Shown: positions 41,455 to 54,419 of the stretch, in pieces | How the letters are laid out: the number at the start of each line of letters is the position of its first letter | Position numbering within the stretch: the stretch's first letter is position 1 | Origin: Octopus vulgaris | Lineage: Eukaryota | Assembly (NCBI GenBank): GCA_951406725.2 | Contig: OX597838.1 | Location: 6,262,001-6,326,000 of the forward strand | DNA: 64,000 nucleotides | Direction of reading: 5' to 3' | Notes under the pieces: model-generated | Databases searched by the model: none | What the model saw: the letters and a program-made list of their open reading frames with translations, nothing else | What the model was told of the DNA's origin: nothing | Position numbers and translations under genes: made by a program

Positions 41455-41787
41455 TACATTATTTACATTATTTACATTCGACAGATATTTGTCCTCATCT
41501 TGTTTGTTGTTAACTCAAAGTTTCGCTGATATTCCCTCCAGCGTTCATTTTGAGGAAATTTCGAACCCAGATTCGGAATTTCCCCATGACACCTTATAAA
41601 GGCTGGAGGGTATATCATTCGAAACAGGTTCGAAATTTTCTCGAAACACCTGATGAAAGCTGGAGGGTATATCAGCCGAAACGTTGTGTTAACAAGAACC
41701 AAGATGAGGGCAAATATCCATCAAATGTAACTAATGTAAATAATGTAAAGAAAGTACATAAATCCTCATCTCTTAAATATTGAACTA
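41455..41787. mobile_element. Fold-back remnant of a probable Penelope-like element
   Basis: Diverged inverted arms at about 41455-41548 and 41653-41747; internal duplication of the GCTGGAGGGTATATCA segment; hammerhead motif; (TACA)n flanks. Confidence 0.7.
41645..41690 (+). ncRNA. Minimal type I hammerhead ribozyme motif
   Basis: AACAC-CTGATGA-AAGCTGG AGGGTATA TCAGCC-GAAA-CGTT-GTGTT: stem I AACAC/GTGTT, stem II GCTG/CAGC, essentially no stem III (palindromic AACGTT). Confidence 0.7.
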
Positions 41788-41812
41788 TATTATACATACA
41801 TACATACATACA

Positions 41813-41846
<34 letters not shown>

Positions 41847-42283
41847 CATACGTGCATGCATGCATGCATGAATATCTCGATTTGTATACATTGGCGGATG
41901 TAAAAATACATTTGGCAGAACAGATCTTTCTGTATCCCAAGTAATATTCTATGACAAAAAGTAAAGTTCCTTCCCGTCATTTCTCGATCTTTCTCATTAA
42001 AAAACAACACTGCATTCCGAGCCCGAAATATAGTGCAATGGCACTCTACATGCTGCATAAGCTTGTCTGACAACTGCTCTGTCTTGAAGGTCGAAATTAT
42101 TGAATGCCTTAGTTATAACTTATGTATACCAAATGATATAAGCGTACGTACGTGTGTGTGTGTGTGTGTGTCTATATATATATAAATAAATATAAATGTA
42201 TGTGTGTGCGTGGTGCCTCTTTTAGCGCCTTATTATTTAACACACTCACCAGTAAAGAACCTTGCCAACCAAATCCAACAAGG

Positions 42284-42320
<37 letters not shown>

Positions 42321-42376
42321 TATATATATGTATAAACATATGATGTACAAGCATAGTAGACAGATAGTTACATAGT

Positions 42377-42377
<1 letters not shown>

Positions 42378-42456
<79 letters not shown>
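42378..42456. repeat. (GATA)n microsatellite
   Basis: Directly visible. Confidence 0.97.
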
Positions 42457-42943
42457 AATCTCGGTCATAAATATTCGTAATGACTGAATCGATAGATAGA
42501 GAGCGAAAGACAAATTGAACAGTTCTCTCTGCGTGACAGAAGGTTTTCTTCGTAATTGAAACGAAAATGTTTGCCAGAGATACAAAATCGGATTATGCAG
42601 AGTTGAATAGCAACGAAACAATTGCTGTTAACAGCCTGGTAAGGCTCCCTAATCAAATAAGTTGCCAACATGTAGCATTCATCGTAATAAAAGAAAAGAC
42701 ATACAGATTGGAAAGTACATGCCATGTATTTTTGTTCTTTCTAGTTTGGCTTTTTTTTAATAGTTATTTTTTTTTCTTCTAAGTTGTTTCATGGGATTTT
42801 TTTTTGGTGGATTCTTTTAGAGAGGAATATGTGTGTGTGTGTGTGTGTATGTGTGTGAGCGGGGTTATAGACGAATTTGACATCCCAATAAGTATATTGT
42901 CGGAATGGGAATATAAAATCTCTGTTAACACTGAAATACTACA

Positions 42944-43596
42944 GTGATGTATGTTGGCGGTGATGATGCTGATGGTGGTGTTGCTGTTGTAGGTGGTGGT
43001 CGTGGCGGTGGTTTCAATGGTGGTGATGATAAGGATGTGATTATTATTATGATGATGATGATTATGTTGACGATAATGATGGTGATCCTGATGATAACGA
43101 TCATGATTAAGGTCCTGATTGTTATACAGCTCGCGCTACTGCTGCGGCTGCTGCTGCTGCTTGTATAGGCTATGGTGGGTAAGTTATAGGCAGCGATATT
43201 GCTGGTGGAGATGGTGGCGCTGTAAGGATTTTGCTGGTGTAGGTGATACTAGAGCACGTGTTGATGATATTATTGATGGTGGATGCGGTGAGGATGGTGG
43301 TGGTGATATTCACAATGATGGAGAAATTGCTGAAGAATGTGATGATGTTGGAGACAATGCGATCGGTGATTGTGATGATGATAAGAAAGGCGGTGGTGGT
43401 GGTGGTGAGGGCGATGGTTATGGAGAAGGTGGTCTTATTGGAGGAGATGGTGGTGTTGAGTATTTCGGTGATATCGGTGGTGGAGTTGCAGATGATAGCG
43501 GAGTTGCTGCTGCTGCAACTATTGTGATCACGACGATGATGGCGCTTATGATAATGATTGCGATGCTGGCAGCTGATGAATGTGATGATGATGGCG

Positions 43597-43628
<32 letters not shown>

Positions 43629-44112
43629 GATGGTGATGACGACGATGTCGATGATGAAGTTGATGTTTGTAGTGATGGTGGTGATGATGATAGTGATGAT
43701 GATAATGACGATGATGGTGGTGGTGGTGGTGGTGGTGATGGTGAAGACGATGATGATGATGATGGAGAAGTTGTTGTTGTTGTTGGTGTTGGTGTTGGTG
43801 GTCGTAGTGATGATGAAGATGATGATGATGATGGAGTCGGTGGTAGTCGTGGTGACGATGATGATGATAAAGACGACAACGATGACGGTGATAGTCGTAG
43901 TAGTGATGAGGAGAAGGAAGAAGACGTAGTCTAAAGAAGTGAAATAGGAGGCAGGGAGAAGGAAAAAACCACAGCCGCAAATTTGAAAGAGGAATAAGAG
44001 ATGAACGGTCATGAATGAGAGGCTATCATGATGATGATAATTATGAAGATGATGATGATAATGACGATGGTAATGGTGATTGCCATGATGATGATGATGA
44101 CGACGACGATGT
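42944..44112. repeat. Degenerate trinucleotide low-complexity tract (GAT/GGT/GTT/GCT)
   Basis: In-phase GNT/GAT runs giving poly-D/G/M/V on the plus strand and poly-I/S/H/T on the minus strand. Confidence 0.88.
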
Positions 44113-44306
44113 TAGTAATATTTGTGTTTCTGTTGACTGGACATTAGCAAAGTGAAGCGACTTTCACATCATGTGTGTGTGTGTTAAGTGAGATGAGACA
44201 AGTCAGAAGGAAATGAGATGACATGAAGAGAGGACAGGGAAAACAACGATTCCAAATAGAAAATGATATTAAGGTAGCTGCTGGCGAGATTTAATCGAAT
44301 TGATAC

Positions 44307-44307
<1 letters not shown>

Positions 44308-44366
<59 letters not shown>

Positions 44367-44379
44367 ATATGTGTATATA

Positions 44380-44436
<57 letters not shown>

Positions 44437-44580
44437 CATATACATGCATATATATATATACATATATACACGCATATATATATATATATATATATAAAAA
44501 TACACATATACATGCATATATATATATATGTGTATATATATGTGTACATGTATATATATATATATACATATATACAGATA

Positions 44581-44612
<32 letters not shown>

Positions 44613-44803
44613 CATATATAAATATAGGGAGATAGTGTGTGTGAGAGAGAAAGAGAAAGTGAGAGAGAGTTACATAAACATGTACGCCCCTCTTTGTATA
44701 TGTCTATATATAAGGTTTATATATATGTGTGTATATATGTATATGTATATATCTTTATATATATATATATATATATGTATATATAAATATATATATATAT
44801 ATA

Positions 44804-44865
<62 letters not shown>

Positions 44866-45176
44866 TTTGTATGTATATATATACAGTGCTTCGCGGCCCT
44901 TGTGAAGCCGGAGGCTATATCCCTCCATATCTCAGTTTGCATTGTACTGCTCGAAAACTTCGCTTTATAGTCACACGTGTTATACTTATTACTTGTTCGA
45001 AATACTGTTTTTCTTGTTGCACGGCTTCTTGTAAAATTCCATATATTCTAAATTCATTACACATCAGCGAACAAATTCGACCGTGCACAGACACATTCAC
45101 ATACCATAAACGTTGCACATCACTAAAGCAACATGTGTATGTGGGGGGCCGTTGCGAGTTAATGCATATAAATATA

Positions 45177-45265
<89 letters not shown>

Positions 45266-45342
45266 GCGTGTATAAGTGGATGGATGTGGGCTATATATAT
45301 ATATATATATATGTGTGTAGATATATATATATATATATATAG

Positions 45343-45381
<39 letters not shown>

Positions 45382-45517
45382 TATATGTATATACATAAAG
45401 ATGTACATTTATATATTCATATATATATACACACATTCTTATATAAGCTTGTTTCATAAGCATATATATATATATGTACACATTTGATATGCACACATAA
45501 ATATATACATACATATA

Positions 45518-45559
<42 letters not shown>

Positions 45560-45740
45560 TAGATATACATAAATATATATACACATACTGTATATGTATA
45601 TATATATATATATATATAAATATATATATATAAATTGAGGGAGAGAGACATACACACACATTTATGCATTTATATACATACATATCTTGTATATGGATCT
45701 TAAGTGTGTGTGTGTATGTGTATGTGTGTGTGTGTTTATG
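44308..45740. repeat. Large (TA)n-rich microsatellite field with a unique island of about 280 bp (44884-45165)
   Basis: Directly visible. Confidence 0.9.
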
Positions 45741-46293
45741 CATATAGAAAGTGAAAAAAGTGAGTGAGGGATAGAGAGAGTGAACGAGACAGAAGTAGTG
45801 AAGCACGATTTCACACACATACACACCTGGTCACATGAGTGGAACACCTGCAAAATTCAAATTTTTGAAACGGAAAAAAAAAATTTAATCTGTTCATATT
45901 CCTGGAAATGAAATCAATTATTGTATTCAGATATTTAAACAGTTATAGACTTTATGTTTATTCATAACTAGTTACTATATAATTTTTTTCTTATTCAACG
46001 CTTCCAGCTTTATCATCTTATAATTTTCTCAACCTTTTCTTCATATTGTCAACAACCTATTTTTCTATAACGTTCGTTCTATGTTTTTCACGTTTCACAT
46101 ATTACTGCTAAAGAATTTATTTTATTTCTTATTCTCTTCTTCCTTCGTGATTTAAGTTTACACTTAATCATCTAACATTTTAAGCGGAATTATTTTTTTG
46201 TGAACGATGTCTGAATTTTAAAAAATAAATCAAGTAGTCTAACATTTATGAATAACTGGACAGAATATAGAAGAGAATTACATTATTTCTGTT

Positions 46294-46404
<111 letters not shown>

Positions 46405-46535
46405 TTTGATACTTTATATATATATATATATATATATTTATAAATGAAATAAAACATATGCATATATATAAACATATATGTACGTACCTACCTCTACATG
46501 TACATATACACGCATATATGAGTACAGGACACCAT

Positions 46536-46569
<34 letters not shown>

Positions 46570-46581
46570 ATATATATATAA

Positions 46582-46707
<126 letters not shown>

Positions 46708-46989
46708 ACATACATATATATATATATATTTCTTTACTAATCACAAGGGGCTAAACGCAGAGCGTGTGTGCAAGTGTGTGCAAACCAGCCAGACATTGCT
46801 CGCCTACGCAGATGCAGTAATACCAATGTGTCTCTCAAGCTGTCACTTCTGTGATTATACCAATTCAGCTAGCTATTACGTATATTATGTTTTAGCACAA
46901 TACTTTTGAAAGAAATAATTTTTGCCGGATAAAACAACCGCAGTTTGTGGCGTTTAAACGGCAATAGTTCGTAATGTTGTAATTTGCGT

Positions 46990-47190
46990 GTTTCATTCGT
47001 TAGTCAACGGCCATACAGGGGCACCAGCTTGAACAAATATTTAGTCGTATATATCGAGCCCTTTCTTTATTTTTTAAAACCCGGTACGTATTCTATCGAA
47101 TTCCTTTGGCGAACCGCTAAGTTACGGGCCGGAGACGCAGCAGTGCCTGTTGTCAAGCGGTGGAGTGAGAATGAAACAAACACAAAGATA
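46990..47190 (-). mobile_element. SINE family B, 3' half
   Basis: TATTCTATCG..GAACCGCTAAGTTACGG..TGTCAAGCGG is the reverse complement of blocks at 16900 and 18590. Confidence 0.65.
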
Positions 47191-47501
47191 CACACACACA
47201 CATACACACACATGATGTGTGTATATACACAGAATGTTCCGTAATTTAGGTCGAATTCTTTCCTGCACAAATTTACATCTACAAAGTATTGGAGAAATTT
47301 TTACACCGAGGCTAATTTTGAGGACGGAGATACCAAGTAAGATGCAGCAGGAATTGGAAATATAGATCGATTGAATGTTGTTTACATGTTTACAGTAGAC
47401 ACGCTGTGGTTTGTTATGCAAGGAAATAAGCCATATACATATATACATATAAATGTGTATGCATGCGTGTGTATACTGGCATATTTGGAACTATATAAAC
47501 A

Positions 47502-47552
<51 letters not shown>

Positions 47553-47617
47553 ATATGTATAATATATATATATATGTATATATATATACATATATATGTG
47601 TATATATATCGATGTGC

Positions 47618-47663
<46 letters not shown>

Positions 47664-49041
47664 ATGTCTGTGTGTATGTATACATTTATAATTAATCAAG
47701 GATAATATATAGCTATATAAATATATCTAAGTGTGTGTGTCTGTGTATAGATATGTGAGTAAATGCACACATACAGATACACACGCACACGCGAAACATA
47801 TATACGTATACATTGTCAGAGAGTAATAATTGGTATGGTCAATCTCCGTAGCATATTAATATATATACTAAGACAACAGAGAAGGGCAGAACTAAATGCA
47901 AACATATATGTTTCCTGTCGTCTATTATCATCAAACAATAAAATTATAAACACAATGTGTTAATATACGAGATTAGTTGCTTTGTCATATGATTCTAATG
48001 TTTCGCATTATTAATTTCGTCTTTAAAGACAAAATCAACGTCTAATGTTTACTTATGCGCTTAGATATTGAAATACTAAAGAGTTTCCAATCTTTAAATA
48101 TGAAGTTAATAATCCGGAAAATATAATACTACAAAAGTAGAGATCTAACAGAACGCTTTGATATACGTGAATTTTGAGAAAATATTAGTATCTTTTAAAT
48201 GTGTATATCGCTATGAAAGTTGCAAATTCCCGTGGTAGGTCTACATTTCAATGACCCTGGAATTACCCGTAAATGTGTTAAATATGAAAACCGTGGTATT
48301 CGCTAGAATGTCATCGGACGTCGATTGAGGTTATTGGGTCTCAACAAAGTTAAATAGTATATATAGGAGTGAAGGAGTATGCCGTTACCTTGAGAAAACT
48401 ATGAAGAGAAGAATGTTCCAAAATCTTGAATGTTTTAAACCTTTAGTCAAAGCATAGCTTGACACGATTTTCAAGGGGAATCATTAACGTGCTAAACATT
48501 GGTTAATAATGTCATATTACAACAGAAGATACATTTTCACTGTAACTTGACTTGTGAACATAGCAGACACGCAGTAGTTGGGCATTGGATTTCTTAAATG
48601 CTCAACTAGGTCATGTAGATAGAATCCTACCCTGTTACCAAATTCATAGAATACATTCTACAGAATCTTTTGAAATGCTTCCAAGGAAATACTTCCAAGG
48701 AAAATATGCGTATATTTATTGAACCCCTATAAGTAATCTTAAATTTTGGAGGACACAAATAAATGTGATCTTACATGTGGAAAAAATTATAAAGATCCCC
48801 TTCGTTCATGAATGACGGTGTGATTGCTCATTGAAAGATCACCTCCGTGGCACAAGTCCTGGTGAGGTTGTTTTGTGGAAGACCAGCAAATGCCCATGCA
48901 CACGTACTTTCTTTTACTGATGACGGTATGACTTGAAGTATGAACTTAAAGAACCTGATCAAATGCCAAGAAGTATTTTTGCTAAACTCTAACGCTTCCA
49001 GATTTCTTTCTCTGAACTGTCATAATTTGGTTACCAGCACA

Positions 49042-49352
49042 TGGTCGGATACGACCACGAGTTTTGCCATTGGTCTGATAAACAGAATATCACTCAAGAA
49101 ATTAATGTAGAAGTGGCTGACTACTTCACAGTTACGTATACCCTTAATGTAGCTCTCAGTGAGATTTAATGTGACACAGAATGTGACAAGCTTAGCCCTT
49201 GGAATTGCAGGTACAACTCATTTTCGCCACCTTAGTGGACTGGATCAACATGAAGTAAATCGCCTTGCTCAAAGAGCACAAGGCATCACAGAAAATAGAA
49301 CTTACGACCTTACACTGTGATCGGAATATACATACCGCTAAGCCACGAACCT
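49042..49352 (-). mobile_element. Degenerate tRNA-SINE sharing its 3' half with 58693-59084
   Basis: GAAATTAATGTAGAAGTGGCTGA..CCCTTAATGTAG..GTGACACAGA..GTGACAAG matches the reverse complement of 58915-59010. Confidence 0.65.
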
Positions 49353-49886
49353 TCACAATAATTTAACATCGAGCTAACAGATTAACAGTTTTGAGTGGGG
49401 ATGCGTAATCGATATTAAAGACAACATTGCTTGATTGGTAATTTATTTTAGCAACCCTTGAAGGAAGAAAGAAAACATCGAATTTGGCGTGATTCATTAT
49501 TAGAACCTAATTAGCCGGAAGGAATACCACAAGGTAGATTTAATGATTACGCCATTTTGCCGTCTTTCCATCACAAATAATAATAACGCCGCATACTAAT
49601 TACCGATTTATTTCCTTTTAAAAGCAGGGCCCTTCATTTTGCGACATACATTCGAAGTTAACGTTTTTCTTTTTAATTATTTTAATTATTCTGCTGCTGT
49701 CACGCTGCAGGGATGCCTCGAATGGTTTCTTCAAAGAAACTCACTAGCGTACTTATTTCTATTAGTAAGCCTGTCATTTACTCTATTTGTTTTTCGATTT
49801 TTTCCGAACTGTTTAGGTTACGGAGATGTAAACAAACCAACAATGATGTCAATCAGTGATGGAGGACACACACACACACATACATA

Positions 49887-49960
<74 letters not shown>

Positions 49961-49991
49961 CAGACAGACAGACAGAGATACATAAACAAAT

Positions 49992-50084
49992 GAATAGATA
50001 GATAGATTGATCGATAGATAGATTGATAGATAGATAGACAGATAGATAGCTAGATAGATAGATAGATAGACAGAGAGACGGATG

Positions 50085-50139
<55 letters not shown>

Positions 50140-50249
50140 GGATGGATGGATGGATGGATGGATGGATCGATCGATAGATAGATAGATAGATGGATGGATG
50201 GATAGATAGACAGATGGATGGATGGATCGATATATAGATAGATAGATAT

Positions 50250-50286
<37 letters not shown>

Positions 50287-50303
50287 AAGATAGATGGATG
50301 GAT
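49992..50303. repeat. (GATA)n/(GGAT)n microsatellite
   Basis: Directly visible. Confidence 0.95.
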
Positions 50304-51146
50304 ACACAATCCTACCACTATATTTATGTTACCTCCTTTAATAACATTTATTTCTCTGCCTTCCCTAAAACATTGCTATTCATGAAAGCTTCGATATAGC
50401 ACGCTTTTTCGAGTTGTCAAAATATTGTTTAATTTTTCGTGATATTGCATTGACGAGCCGCTGTCTAATAACGTATTCATTTTCTGTTTTTTTCTCTTTA
50501 TATTCCACGGTATTCAGAAACATATTAAAACAAATGTACCTGAGGCAGGTATTATCTCGTTTATTAAAATGTAGAAACACGCACGCGTACACTAACACGT
50601 ACATTCATATTTATTCTATATTAATTATATAAATATATATATATTAATACATTAAGTAACAAATGCAGTCGATGAACGCGTATGTTTGACTGTTCTGACA
50701 GTGCGTGAGTGCGTGCCAGTATGCAAAATAGAGAAATGAGGCTAATACGTCAATTTTCGTTACTATAATTTTTTTCATATGATTACCTCAAAACATTTTT
50801 ACGCAGCTCAACACTTAACGAGACGTAGATGAATGTTTTAGATACATTCTGGAACAAGAAATTCTGCTCTCAAATCTCTGAAGTTCTTTCCCATATTTTT
50901 AAAGTTTCTTACATTTAATTTCGTAGCAAATTTCAAAATTGCTGTTGACAGAGCAAATTTCTCAGATTTTCACAAACACCCCATCTTTAGGGTCTGTAAC
51001 ACCCCATCTCTAGGCCTTTCTGAATAATACTTGTCACATTAGATTATGATCCGGTCTAATATTAGGCAAGAAACACAACGTATTGATATTCTTTCCATAT
51101 TAATGCTAAGCCTATTTCTGTCTATTGGTGTAACTACGAATATGAG

Positions 51147-51179
<33 letters not shown>

Positions 51180-51181
<2 letters not shown>

Positions 51182-51430
51182 TGATGATCTGTAGCTAAAT
51201 TCTGTTTTTAAATGACTTGCTTCGAGACTTGCATTCGGTATGATATGTTTATTTGGGTAGTTTTGACTTTAAGAGTCCCTCGTAGCGTGCGGCATTTATG
51301 TGTAATAATGCCCTCTATATAATATAAATAAATATATTCAAGTGAAAAAATTTACAGATGTTTTCTCTTATGAGGTTTTTCACGCTAACTACTTGATAAT
51401 TTCTTATGACGATTTTATCCTATTTTTAAA
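51180..51430 (-). mobile_element. Unclassified structured element between (TA)n tracts (family of 437-945)
   Basis: Reverse-complement homology to 440-590 and 830-935. Confidence 0.6.
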
Positions 51431-51441
51431 TTATATACATA

Positions 51442-51506
<65 letters not shown>

Positions 51507-52144
51507 GTATGAGTGTGTAAATGTATATGCGTTCGCTTTCAATACCACTGCATATCTACCGAAGCAAACAACACTTTCTATAATCTATGCGCAGACCTAA
51601 AGGTTTGAGTATCCCGGTGTGTTTATGTGCGAGTGTAACTATATGTGTGTGCATGCGTGAACGCGTGTTCTGTTGCTGAACAACACCTTAATATCAAAAT
51701 CGTAGTGGGTTTTGCGATTAAGCCAGATGGTGCATTTCACAGCTGTGGTCATTCACATAAATGAATTAACCTGTCACATTAAATGCCAGCCGGGAATAAT
51801 TTCTATGAAACCGGGTATGTAATAATTTTATGCACATAAAGCAACGGCCAAAGGACCTTGCTTGATTTACAAACAATAATTCAAATTGCTCTATTCTCAT
51901 ATGTAACGTTCCGTTGCTGCAATGTGTTTATCCTTTAAATATCATACTGGTCATTCTGTTCCCGACTGATTAGGTAATTGAAATATTCTGATACTTGAAG
52001 CTGGATGGTTTCAATTAGAGCTAACTTTCCAAATTATCTCATACACTCATTTCCCGGCAACTCTTTGCGGACTTTAATAACTCTAAAGTTCAGATATATT
52101 ATTGAACAGCCAATGTTTAACTATCTAGTGAACATATGGATATG

Positions 52145-52590
52145 TGGTGAGCTAGCAAAATCGTAAGGATGCCGGACGATATGCTTCGCGGTTTTTCGTC
52201 CGTCTTTACGTTCTCAATTCAAATTCCGTTGCGGTTGACTTGGCCTTTTTTTCCTTTCATATTTGCTAAATTAAGTACCCCTTAAGTACTGGGATTGATG
52301 CAATTGTCTAGACCAGTGCTTTTCAACCTTTTTGCTGAAGCGGAACCCCAAGAAAACATTTCACTGGCTCGAGGAACCCCTGTGCAATAATTTTATTGTC
52401 TTATGCACACATATCTGCACAGGAAAATTAAAAATTACTATCGATTTTAGCATTTTTGTAACATCTTGCGGAAACCCTGGACTGTATGGCGGAACCCTAA
52501 GGTTCTACGGAACCCTGGTTGAAAACCACTGGTCTAGACACTTCCACCAAAATTTCAGGCCCGGCATCTGTACTTGATAGAAAAAATATA
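52145..52590 (+). mobile_element. Degenerate SINE family A interrupted by a hAT MITE
   Basis: GGTGAGCTAGCAAAATCGT..TTCAAATTCCG..TAAATTAAGTACC; the tail resumes after 52539. Confidence 0.7.
52314..52531. mobile_element. hAT (Charlie-like) MITE with 8-bp TSD
   Basis: TIRs CAGTGCTTTTCAACC / GGTTGAAAACCACTG; TSD GTCTAGAC at 52306-52313 and 52532-52539; subterminal GGAACCC repeats. Confidence 0.93.
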
Positions 52591-52800
52591 CAACCAGTTT
52601 ATCAAAGACTGTGTTTGTATCACAATTCAGTAATATTTCTATATTAATTCAATTGATTTTAGCCACCCTGCAGAAATCCCTGTTGTGGGATGTGAGTAAA
52701 TTGAGATTATGTACACGAAATGGGACTAAAACTGAAATATTGTAATATAATAAAAGACAAGAAAGGATTTAGCATCATGCATGCACAATTACAGAGATCA

Positions 52801-52835
<35 letters not shown>

Positions 52836-52905
52836 AGTAAGTAAGAATAACAAAAAACAAAAATAATAATAGCAACAACAACAACAACAAGAATAATACT
52901 GATAC

Positions 52906-52953
<48 letters not shown>

Positions 52954-53059
52954 TAATATAGATTTCTTCTACCAACTTAATAATCTTTGCAACCGTCTGA
53001 ATAATTTTTACAAGCAATTTAATAATGCTTGCAAGGAATTAAACCATAAAAATTTATAT

Positions 53060-53830
53060 GAAAAGAATTGTAAATAAATTTATTCAAGAATTATTTCTCG
53101 CTTTGCAGAACGTGTTAGATACCCAACATTTTCCTGTTAAATGCCACAGTTTTCTGCTACCATTTCCCAACTAAACTTATTTTCAATAAATTCACTAAGA
53201 CTTATTTTCAAGAAGTTCATTAATAGCACCTCCCCTTATCTCCAAATTCTTCCAAGCATCTATTGGGTTGATGAGAAAAGGGGAATAAGGTAGAACATAT
53301 CTAATGTTATAGGTAGCTGCCCCCCCAAATCAACAGACTGCCCCCTATAGTGGTGAATTCCGGTACTACCAATAAAAAATACTGGATTTCTTATGCCGTT
53401 TTCAAAAGAAGCTGCCTTTAACTCACGGAGAGGTCTCTTAATACCTTCACCATTTACTGCCCTGTCATGGATTTTTGTGGTATATCATACCAAATTTATT
53501 CATAGCCACAGCAACAGAAATGTTTCTGCTTCGCGCAGCAGGTACAGATACATATGCTGATTGCCCAGTCTTATTACGACCTCTGTTTGGTTTTGTTACC
53601 ACCGAAAATCTTGCTTCATCTAAAAACGACAAAGCTCTTACCAGCGTTTTCCGCTTCAATATTCCGATAAGCAGTGGTATATGCCTCGCTGAGTTCAATT
53701 ATGCTTTGACAATTTCTTCGCTCAGGATCGAGCATGGCACTTTTTAAAGTATAATGAATCTGACAAAGGTTTTTATTGATAGTACGTATTGATACGTGAA
53801 TGCAGAACCTTTCTAAGAACCAATTAGAAA
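53060..53830 (-). pseudogene. Decayed Tc1/IS630-family transposase
   Basis: FLDEARF..RGR..G..AYVSVPAARSRNISVAVAM (ORF 53465-53698) and downstream VLPYSPFLINPI, approximating the LPPYSPFLNPIE motif; frameshifted; TIRs not identified. Confidence 0.75.
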
Positions 53831-53883
53831 TACTTTTGAGAGAGTTAGTACTAAGATTTTTTATGAGAGTAGAATAGATGTAA

Positions 53884-53915
<32 letters not shown>

Positions 53916-53920
<5 letters not shown>

Positions 53921-54328
53921 CAACAATTGAGGGTAAAATTAATTAATTATTAATCAATTTCACCAAGTGTTCAGTATGCAAAGGGACCATTTAAGGCGAA
54001 TTCAAATTATTACATTATATAAAAGGGCTTAGTAAAATAAATTACTTTGCCGCATACTGAACTCATTAGAAATAGCAGCTAAAAAACTTTTTTAAAGCTA
54101 TTTCTAATACTTAAAGAAAATCTCTCTCATATATAGTGTTTGCTTAATTCAACTCACAAACTTTTGTGAGTTGAATTAAGCAAACACTATATATAATTAA
54201 GCAAACACTATATATGAGAGAGATTTTCTTTAAGTATTAGAAATAGCTTTAAAAAAGTTTTTTAGCTGCTATTTCTAATGAGTTCAGTATGCGGCAAAGT
54301 AATTTATTTTACTAAGCCCTTTTATATA

Positions 54329-54333
<5 letters not shown>
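53916..54333. mobile_element. Fold-back element between (TA)n tracts with arms of about 150 bp
   Basis: 54011-54160 is the reverse complement of 54163-54333 apart from a 21-nt tandem duplication (54174-54194/54195-54215); 2-nt loop. Confidence 0.8.

Positions 54334-54419
<86 letters not shown>

Noticed and set aside
43170-44012. Minus-strand poly-His, poly-Ser and poly-Ile ORFs
   Set aside because: The reverse of (GAT/GGT)n has no stop codons in any frame, so open frames are expected.
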